Virus record (IMG/VR): IMGVR_UViG_3300026557_000003
Span: 2,527-66,526 of that record
Length of the DNA: 64,000 bases
Origin: a virus
Strand: one strand, 5' to 3'
The position numbers were made by a program, and so were the translations under genes. The notes under the pieces are model-generated. The model was not told where the DNA came from. It worked only from the letters and a program-made list of their open reading frames with translations, and searched no databases. The stretch's first letter is position 1; the number at the start of each line of letters is the position of its first letter. This document shows, piece by piece, positions 47,297 to 54,040 of this stretch.

Positions 47297-47977
47297 ATGA
47301 ATTTTAATCCACACGAACAAGACTCTGAAACTCAAATCGCAATGGCAGAAGCTAGAAAGACAATGCTAAAGACGAACAAAATTACTGTTTTCGATATTGA
47401 GATTATCAAAGCAATTCCTGACCGCAATCAGGAGAATGACCCGACTATTAAATATTGCGGCGGCTGGCAGGATCACGCCGGAATGGGTATCTCAGTTATC
47501 GGAGCATATTCATACGCAGATGACCGTTATCGGGTTTTCCTCAAAGACAACTTTGGGCTATTCGAGGACCTGTTGCACGAATCAGATATTGTTGTGAGCT
47601 TCAACGGTCTAGCATTCGATAACCGCGTATTGGAAGCCTGTGGCATCAACCCGCCAGACGCGACAACCTACGATCTGTTGGTCGAAACCTGGGCTGCCGC
47701 TGGACTCGCGCCGAAGTTCAATTATAAGACACACGGCGGCTTTGGTCTTGACGCCGTATGTTCTGCGAATTTCGATCTGAACAAGACTGGACACGGCGCA
47801 CTTGCCCCCGTCCAATGGCAACAAGGCAAATACGGACACGTCATTGATTACTGTCTCGAAGACGTAAGATTAACCAAAAAACTGTTCGACCTGGCCACGG
47901 CGGGGCCAATCAAGAACCCGAAATCCGCAATTGGTGGAAGTTATTTGATGTTGCGGGATCCATTTATCGTGAAATGA
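47297..47977 (+). CDS. DEDD/RNase H-like 3'-5' exonuclease
   Basis: VFDIE, SFNGLAFD, YDL, LDAV, YCLEDVRLT. Confidence 0.85.
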   Translation: MNFNPHEQDSETQIAMAEARKTMLKTNKITVFDIEIIKAIPDRNQENDPTIKYCGGWQDHAGMGISVIGAYSYADDRYRVFLKDNFGLFEDLLHESDIVVSFNGLAFDNRVLEACGINPPDATTYDLLVETWAAAGLAPKFNYKTHGGFGLDAVCSANFDLNKTGHGALAPVQWQQGKYGHVIDYCLEDVRLTKKLFDLATAGPIKNPKSAIGGSYLMLRDPFIVK

Positions 47978-47996
47978 TCGATTATATGCTTACTTA

Positions 47997-48080
47997 TGCT
48001 AGAATAAGGTCGAGTCGAAAAGACGTTACCAGCGCCCTTTCGACTCTCACCTATACCACTCGTAACATAAGGAGCACGAG
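47997..48080 (+). promoter_or_regulatory. HNH-5 promoter and leader
   Basis: TGcTAGAAT; GAGTCGAAA/TTTCGACTC stem with CGTTACCAGCG loop; CTCACC; CTCGT-aacataaggagc-ACGAG. Confidence 0.7.
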
Positions 48081-48084
48081 CAAT

Positions 48085-48657
48085 ATGGCTGTCGATAAAT
48101 ATACCATACTCGCCAATCTACCATCTTCCGTGGTTGATCGTTTCTGGAAAAAGGTCGATAAACAGAATGGACCGATCCTTATGCACTGTTCTCGTCTCGG
48201 CCGTTGCTGGCAGTGGTTCGGAGACAGGAATCAGGGCGGCTACGGTAGTATGAGGCTTGGTTCTTCTTCTTGGGCGGCACGTGCCCGTGCGCATATTATT
48301 TCATGTGCCATCGACAGAAACGGAATACCAGAAGGCTCTCTGGTCCTGCATAAATGTGATAACCCCTCATGCGTAAGGCCTAGTCATTTATGGCCCGGCT
48401 CGCAACGCGAAAACGTGGCAGACATGATGGCAAAGAAGCGGGACCGCCGCCCTGGTTCCAGATCAGGCGTTGCTGTGAATTATTCTCGCGGCGAGGATCG
48501 TCACAATGCTCATTGCACGGAAGCGATCGTGCTGGCCATGCGAGCGGATTATATTCCCGGCGTTTTTGGCTGCAACAAGATAGCAAAAAAATATAACGTA
48601 GTATGCCGAGATGTCGTTGCTCGTATTATCAGGAGAGAAATATGGAAGCATATTTAG
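48085..48657 (+). CDS. HNH homing endonuclease (HNH-5)
   Basis: RFWKKVDK...CWQW...VLHKCDNPSCVRPSHLWPGSQRENVAD; TAAGGAG RBS. Confidence 0.92.
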   Translation: MAVDKYTILANLPSSVVDRFWKKVDKQNGPILMHCSRLGRCWQWFGDRNQGGYGSMRLGSSSWAARARAHIISCAIDRNGIPEGSLVLHKCDNPSCVRPSHLWPGSQRENVADMMAKKRDRRPGSRSGVAVNYSRGEDRHNAHCTEAIVLAMRADYIPGVFGCNKIAKKYNVVCRDVVARIIRREIWKHI

Positions 48658-48813
48658 ACGCACGTCTACTACGCCGTCACCATTCCACCGGGGCACGACG
48701 CTAAGGCAGATCGAATCCGCGCGCTAGGAATGGTGCAGATATTCAGGTGCGAGCGCGTGGCGAAGGTCAGGGATGTTGACCGGGAGTTACACCGGATGGT
48801 TCGTCGAGGTTGA
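48658..48813 (+). pseudogene. Probable remnant of a 52-aa gene whose start codon (47974) was separated by the HNH-5 cassette
   Basis: Removing 47977-48657 restores ATG ACG CAC... with an ATGA overlap on the exonuclease stop. Confidence 0.4.
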
Positions 48814-48816
48814 TAT

Positions 48817-48903
48817 GGCACGGGTGGCTGTAATGTAACAGTGTCGCGGTGCACCTTAAAAACAGGAGCGGAAATCTCAGTTCGAGTCTGAGCCCGTGCC
48901 CCA
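48817..48903 (+). tRNA. tRNA-like gene with canonical acceptor, D and T arms but an aberrant enlarged anticodon arm
   Basis: GCACGGG/CCCGTGC acceptor, G-1:C73, encoded CCA, CTCAG-TTCGAGT-CTGAG T arm, GCTG/CAGT D stem. Confidence 0.7.
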
Positions 48904-48919
48904 AAAGGAACGGATAAAT

Positions 48920-49123
48920 ATGCCTGAGTCACGGCGCGAAGATGAGTACATGGAGTAGTTCGGCGACGATGAAGAACACGGCGATCCTTTCTGTTATACC
49001 TGCTACGGACGCGGATTTGTAGTTAGATGCGTCGATGATATTTGCCACGGCAGCGACGAAGGCTGCATTCACGGCGACGGAAATGTACCGTGCCCGGACT
49101 GTAGCAGGAGGGAATGGGATTAA
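48920..49123 (+). pseudogene. DnaJ-like zinc-finger mini-protein interrupted by an in-frame TAG (48956)
   Basis: MPESRREDEYME*FGDDEEHGDPFCYTCYGRG...CPDC; AAGGA RBS; TAATG coupling to the next gene. Confidence 0.5.
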
Positions 49124-49950
49124 TGGCTGAAACGAAAATCGAATGGGCGACATATACATTTAATCCGTGGTTGGGTTGTACCAAGGTGTCACCCGCCTGC
49201 ACGCATTGCTATGCCGAATCGTGGGCAAAACGGAGCGGGCTGGTTCAGTGGGGTGATAATCCAAGGCGCAAAACAACAGATCAATATTGGCGTCAGCCTT
49301 TGAAATGGAACGAGTTGGCTAAAAGTGCGACTGTGAGGCCACGTGTTTTCTGCGCATCATTAGCTGACGTATTTGAGACAAATGAAGAGGTCGCCCCTTG
49401 GCGCAAAGAGTTTTTCAATCTGATTAGTAAGACTCCGAACCTTGATTGGCTTCTACTAACAAAGCGCCCTGAAAATATTCGCGCAATGCTACCGAATGAT
49501 TGGGGTATGGGGTATCCGAATATCTGGCTTGGTGCGACAGTTGAGAATCAGGAATATGCAGATAAGCGAATTCCGAACTTATTAGAGATCGACGCAAAAG
49601 TTTACTTTGTTTCCTGTGAGCCCCTATTGGGCGAGTTGAATTTAGAGCAATATCTTTATAATCGCTACCAGATGGGTGGAGCGCGACCGATGTATAATCA
49701 GGTCAATTGGGTTATTTGTGGTGGTGAGAGCGGTCCTGGCGCACGCCCGATGCACCCGGCTTGGGCTCGGTCACTCCAAGCTCAATGCGAGGCCGCTACT
49801 GTTCCTTTCCATTTTAAGCAATGGGGCGAATTTAGCCCGAACGTCTTAGGTATTAACGATTCGGTCCCACCTTCGAGAATAGGCAAGAAAGCTGCGGGCC
49901 GAATACTCGACGGTCGAACGTGGGATGAATTGCCAGCGGTAGCCAAATGA
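49123..49950 (+). CDS. DUF5131 / phage Gp37-Gp68 family protein (radical-SAM-like)
   Basis: TKIEW...WLGCTKVSPACTHCYAE, LLTKRPEN, FVSCEPLLG, WVICGGESG. Confidence 0.9.
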   Translation: MAETKIEWATYTFNPWLGCTKVSPACTHCYAESWAKRSGLVQWGDNPRRKTTDQYWRQPLKWNELAKSATVRPRVFCASLADVFETNEEVAPWRKEFFNLISKTPNLDWLLLTKRPENIRAMLPNDWGMGYPNIWLGATVENQEYADKRIPNLLEIDAKVYFVSCEPLLGELNLEQYLYNRYQMGGARPMYNQVNWVICGGESGPGARPMHPAWARSLQAQCEAATVPFHFKQWGEFSPNVLGINDSVPPSRIGKKAAGRILDGRTWDELPAVAK

Positions 49951-50240
49951 TCACAATCCTACTCGCTCTTATCGCCATCGCCGCAATCTTCAAAATCAGG
50001 AAGGTACTTTGCCGCGATACCCGAATGAGCAGCACCACGGCCCAATGGATCGACGAAGATTGTGAGCCATTATGAATCCTGTAACGAGTCAATGGAAACC
50101 GCCACGCTGGTCGCCATTTCGTCAGATTCGCGATTGGTTTGATAGGCGAACGATCAATAAGGCGCTGTCACGCCCTAGGCCGCATCGTGATTATGGCAAC
50201 GCGCCTTTTGAAGTGCCGGTGCTAACACAGGAGAAGATCG

Positions 50241-50642
50241 ATGCCCGATAATAAACCCACAACCGAAGTCTCGATTACCAATGACGCGGCCGAATGGCTG
50301 GAGTCGAGGAACGAACTGGTGGTTAGTCAACTGGACGCTGCCGATCTTGCCGATTGTTTTTACGATTCGCAGCCTATACTTGACGGGCTAACCGCTGCAT
50401 ATAAACGTGGCCGGGATGATGCGAATGCGCTGACCGCCAAGGACGCAAAAGAGAAAGATCGGGAAGTCAGCCAGATGGCGGCTCAGGTGCAGGAACTAAA
50501 GGCCACGCTTGACACGATGAAATACTGGATGGCTATCGACAAATGCGACTGTGATACCGAGCGCAAGGACGGCCACACGGTTAGAATGGACTACCCCAAA
50601 TCGCTTGAACTGGATTGGCATCTCGAAGATTGCTATTATTAA
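50241..50642 (+). CDS. Hypothetical protein
   Basis: AGGAG RBS. Confidence 0.6.
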   Translation: MPDNKPTTEVSITNDAAEWLESRNELVVSQLDAADLADCFYDSQPILDGLTAAYKRGRDDANALTAKDAKEKDREVSQMAAQVQELKATLDTMKYWMAIDKCDCDTERKDGHTVRMDYPKSLELDWHLEDCYY

Positions 50643-50809
50643 TACCGCCTGATGCAGTTGAACGCAGGGTGAAACGATGATCAAATGGCTCATCTGCTAC
50701 TTTTTCCATCGCGAATATTGGCGATATTCTCCCCGGTGGATGGACACGGTTGACTATGGCTGCCACAAGCCCGGATGCGGGCGTAGGTGGGAAAAGAAAG
50801 TAGGCTAAA

Positions 50810-51217
50810 GTGGGCTGGACCGATCAGGAATTCGAAGATTTCCGCGCGAAGTCGAAATTGTTTGCCAGCGCCAAGCCCCCAAAGCGCGGCCATAGATCGA
50901 AGGAAAAGGAAACCCTCGGGCGATACCTAATGACCCATGGAACGACCTGGGCGCTCGAACATCGATTTCACCCCGTCCGGCTGTGGCGATTTGACTGGGC
51001 GATTACTTCGTTGAAGATCGCTGTTGAGTTTGAGGGTGGTGTATTCATTCCCAAGGGTGGCGGCCATACAAAAGGAATGGATTACTCGAAAGATTGTGAG
51101 AAATACTCAGAAGCAGCAATTCTCGGCTGGCTGGTCGTTAGATGTACAGCGCCGATGATTCGAAGCGGGCTGGCGTTTGACTTGATCGAGCGGGCTATTA
51201 AGGCCAGACAGAAGTAA
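50810..51217 (+). CDS. DUF559/Vsr-like endonuclease
   Basis: HRFHPVRLWRFDWA...IAVEFEGG...KDCEKYSEAAILGWLVVR. Confidence 0.8.
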   Translation: MGWTDQEFEDFRAKSKLFASAKPPKRGHRSKEKETLGRYLMTHGTTWALEHRFHPVRLWRFDWAITSLKIAVEFEGGVFIPKGGGHTKGMDYSKDCEKYSEAAILGWLVVRCTAPMIRSGLAFDLIERAIKARQK

Positions 51218-51307
51218 TCCCGCGTGTAGATCAACTGAGCACGGCAACCCCGCGCGGGCCGCGATCTGCTTCTGAGGGAGATAACTAATTGATTTTATGG
51301 ACATTTA

Positions 51308-51393
51308 TGTTAACATGGATGCGAATCAGGGAGATGTTTTGAGCGTCTCCCTGGCTCTAATCAAATCGACGAACCTGTAAGGAGATTCGCATC
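51308..51393 (+). promoter_or_regulatory. HNH-6 promoter and leader
   Basis: TGtTAACAT; CAGGGAGA/TCTCCCTG stem with TGTTTTGAGCG loop; CTCTAATCA; GATGCGAATC/GATTCGCATC pairing over the RBS region. Confidence 0.7.
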
Positions 51394-51394
51394 A

Positions 51395-52036
51395 ATGACT
51401 GAGAACAAATCTAACATAATTCCTGAGGAACAAGAAGAGTGGCGATGGGTCAAGGGTTTTGAAGGTAGATATGAAGTTTCGAATATGGGGCACGTCAGAT
51501 CATACGTGAAACATGGATACGGGATTGATCTTTCTCCTGTGCCGATGCGTATTCTTTGTGGTGGCCTCACTAGTGGGTATATTCAGGTTGATTTGTCAAA
51601 GGGTGATCGAGTACGTCACCCTTTTCGCATACATGTTCTAGTTGCTGCTGCTTTTCTAGGGGATTGTCCCGATAGGCATCAGGTCAATCATAAAAATTGG
51701 AATAAGACGGACAATCGCCTCGATAATCTTGAGTATCTTACATCCCAGGGCAACACCTTGCATAGTAGGCCGCGAAGAAGAGGCCAGTGTGGAACACGGA
51801 TCGGAAGCGCAAAACTAAAAGAGAGCGATATTCCGGTCATTAAGTCGCTACGTGCTCAAGGTTTTACGTATAAAATGATCGGTGATCGGTTCTTGGTATC
51901 AGAATCAGCAATTGGCCATATTGTTTTAGGCCGCCACTGGAAGCACGTACGAGAAGATGGCAAAATAGTTCTTCCCACTGGGCGTACCGTCCGGGGAGAA
52001 AGTCGCGCGAAGAAACCGGAAGCGAGGGTAGCTTGA
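51395..52036 (+). CDS. NUMOD4-HNH homing endonuclease (HNH-6)
   Basis: EEWRWVKGFEGRYEVSNMGHVRS (NUMOD4); HVLVAAAF...VNHKNWNKTDNRLDNLEY. Confidence 0.92.
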   Translation: MTENKSNIIPEEQEEWRWVKGFEGRYEVSNMGHVRSYVKHGYGIDLSPVPMRILCGGLTSGYIQVDLSKGDRVRHPFRIHVLVAAAFLGDCPDRHQVNHKNWNKTDNRLDNLEYLTSQGNTLHSRPRRRGQCGTRIGSAKLKESDIPVIKSLRAQGFTYKMIGDRFLVSESAIGHIVLGRHWKHVREDGKIVLPTGRTVRGESRAKKPEARVA

Positions 52037-52221
52037 TGGCTAATAAAAAGGTCGCGGCATCTGAAGGCGTCCAGCCTGGCCAGCGATGGAATTATAAGCA
52101 CGGTGTAATCAGAATTATGGCCGTCAGTGGTAGCTACGCAATGGTTCGTCGTCCGCGGGGAGTGCCGTTCGTGGTATTGAAAAAGGACCTTCAATCGGAG
52201 TGGTCAGTCTACGAGAGTTGA
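52033..52221 (+). CDS. Small SH3-like hypothetical protein
   Basis: VQPGQRW...IRIMAV; overlap with HNH-6. Confidence 0.5.
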   Translation: MMANKKVAASEGVQPGQRWNYKHGVIRIMAVSGSYAMVRRPRGVPFVVLKKDLQSEWSVYES

Positions 52222-52261
52222 ATAAATCGCGTAGAAATCTTCCAACGGCACAAGTTTTGAC

Positions 52262-52445
52262 TTGTAATGAATCGTTGTTTTATGCATAATCGGGGCGTCC
52301 TGAAAAGGATGCTGGTTTAGCGGCCGGCTCGGTAGAAAGAAGAAAGCAATTTAACTTCAGCGAAGCCTTATCGGGTTTGTCGTTGCCAGTGTCTTTTCTT
52401 CTTTCGGGACACCGCTAAACGGCACGACCAATCCGATAAGGCTTT
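52262..52445 (+). ncRNA. c4/CI-like antisense RNA locus with upstream target
   Basis: Promoter TTGTAA-17-CATAAT; GAAA hairpin; GTTTAGCGG (52315-23) complementary to CCGCTAAAC (52412-20); purine tract 52335-46 complementary to 52394-405; 82-nt hairpin 52363-52444. Confidence 0.6.
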
Positions 52446-52464
52446 CTTGTTTTTGGAGGTAAAG

Positions 52465-52722
52465 ATGCACAACTACAATCACAACATTTGCGGAAAGTGC
52501 GGGCACCGATATGCAGATCACGCGCCAGTTTTCCTGAATCATACCGATGTTTGTAAGTATCAAAGCTGCGGTTGCCAATCCTTTCAAGAAACCGCTGTGG
52601 TTCGAACGCTGTCACCGTTAAACCAGACCCGCCAACAGAATCGATTTTCAATTAGCAGGCAATTCTATGTCAACAAAACCTGCATTTATCACGAAGCGGA
52701 TGTTTGTTATGCCGCTGTCTGA
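52465..52722 (+). CDS. Small Cys/His zinc-binding protein
   Basis: CGKCGH...H...CKYQSCGCQSF; GGAGG RBS. Confidence 0.55.
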   Translation: MHNYNHNICGKCGHRYADHAPVFLNHTDVCKYQSCGCQSFQETAVVRTLSPLNQTRQQNRFSISRQFYVNKTCIYHEADVCYAAV

Positions 52723-53176
52723 TCACGTCGATTCCCTCTACGAACAGATCGTCCGGGGCAATGCGTGGGATCCGGCCAACGAAAAGACCGCCGAATTCCG
52801 CGACTTCCTTTACGACGAAATCAAGTCGATTGCCTGGCATCTTCAACGCGATTTAGTCAAAGGCGCCGAACGCGGGATGGAAGAGGTTTTAGGCACTATC
52901 TGTGATCCTGACTACGAAAAACTTAAACGCCAGCAACGGCGCGATGACCGCGAAAAACAGAAGCAAAAGTTTGAGCTGGAACGACTCGAACGCGAGCGGA
53001 AAGATCTGGAAGGTCCGACCGCAGAGGAAAAGCTGCAACAGGTCAAGGCCCTCAAGTCCAGTCTTGAATATCACAGGCAAAAGTTTTACGACACAAAGGC
53101 GGCAATCGAACGCCTTGAGACTGAAGGCTTGCCGGGGTTGAAACTCGTCAAACCAGCAGACGATACGATTATGTAG
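52667..53176 (+). CDS. Hypothetical coiled-coil protein
   Basis: Charged helical ORF; exact start uncertain. Confidence 0.6.
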   Translation: MSTKPAFITKRMFVMPLSDHVDSLYEQIVRGNAWDPANEKTAEFRDFLYDEIKSIAWHLQRDLVKGAERGMEEVLGTICDPDYEKLKRQQRRDDREKQKQKFELERLERERKDLEGPTAEEKLQQVKALKSSLEYHRQKFYDTKAAIERLETEGLPGLKLVKPADDTIM

Positions 53177-53257
53177 CAGGCAATTTCATTGCGCGGCTGC
53201 AAAGCGCCTTCTTTTGAAGACGGCTCAGGCGGGCAGAGAATGTGAGGAATCTCCGGT

Positions 53258-54040
53258 TTGTCACACAAGCTCAGTTCTGCCCTATGGGACTTGGATATAG
53301 ACGGGCCAGAGCGCGAAGTTCTATCAGTTCTCTGTTACTACGCTGACGACGACGGGACGAATTGTTATCCTGGAATGGTGCTTCTTATCTGGAAACTGGG
53401 TAAATCAGAAAGTCAAACACAACGGATTTTGAAGCGTCTTGAGGGTCGCGGAATCGTCACAATAGTTCAACGTGGATTAGGTCGGGGCAACGGAAGCGAG
53501 TACACTTTGGACCTATCAAAAATAAATCCCAAAGAAAATTGTCCAATAAAAAAACCCCGCATTCAGGCCATAAAACCTACTATTCAGGAAATAAAACCTA
53601 GCATCGGGGAAATAAAACCCCCTATCCAGGATACGGAAAAGGTAGCATCCAGCACTGGCACGAAAGTTGCGGATTCTAAGGAATTCTTATTACCCAAGGG
53701 AATAGACCGTAAAGAACTACCACAGGAAGAGCCTGACGCAGCGAGCACCGAAGATCTGATTTGGATTTTCCGAGACGAATTCCAGCGGCTTAAAAAACTA
53801 CCCTACCGCAATAGCGTCAACGATCAGGTTGCGATTGTCACGATGCAGCGGTTTTACAATCCCTCGATTGACGACTGGAGAAAAACCCTTAAAAACTATT
53901 TTGCCACGCCAAACGACCGGCACTGGATTGGCGATCTTTGCGACCATTACGACACGTATTTTGTCAATGCCTTGGATAAGTATCGAAAGCCTGTAGAAGC
54001 TAAAAATGCTCCTGGAAAGCCGAAGAGGGCGGCGGTATGA
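53258..54040 (+). CDS. Replication initiator (lambda O-like, N-terminal HTH)
   Basis: REVLSVLCYYADDDGTNCYPG...RILKRLEGRGIV; internal iterons; directly upstream of primase-helicase. Confidence 0.8.
   Translation: MSHKLSSALWDLDIDGPEREVLSVLCYYADDDGTNCYPGMVLLIWKLGKSESQTQRILKRLEGRGIVTIVQRGLGRGNGSEYTLDLSKINPKENCPIKKPRIQAIKPTIQEIKPSIGEIKPPIQDTEKVASSTGTKVADSKEFLLPKGIDRKELPQEEPDAASTEDLIWIFRDEFQRLKKLPYRNSVNDQVAIVTMQRFYNPSIDDWRKTLKNYFATPNDRHWIGDLCDHYDTYFVNALDKYRKPVEAKNAPGKPKRAAV
53549..53630 (+). repeat. Four 21-bp-period iterons inside the initiator gene (putative ori)
   Basis: A(T/A)AAAACC at 53549, 53570, 53591, 53612; translated as IKPTIQE/IKPSIGE/IKPPIQ. Confidence 0.75.

Noticed and set aside
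47974-48084. N-terminal 37 aa as part of the HNH-5 protein proper
   Set aside because: This stretch is the promoter/hairpin leader; a strong RBS precedes ATG 48085. It is kept only as a possible read-through frame.
48817-48903. Assignment as tRNA-His, -Cys, -Leu or -Phe
   Set aside because: None of the candidate anticodons sits in a properly paired stem with a canonical 7-nt loop and U33.
48669-49159. Minus-strand ORFs 48669-48932 and 48929-49159
   Set aside because: They overlap the tRNA-like gene and plus-strand ORFs that have better RBS and coupling evidence.
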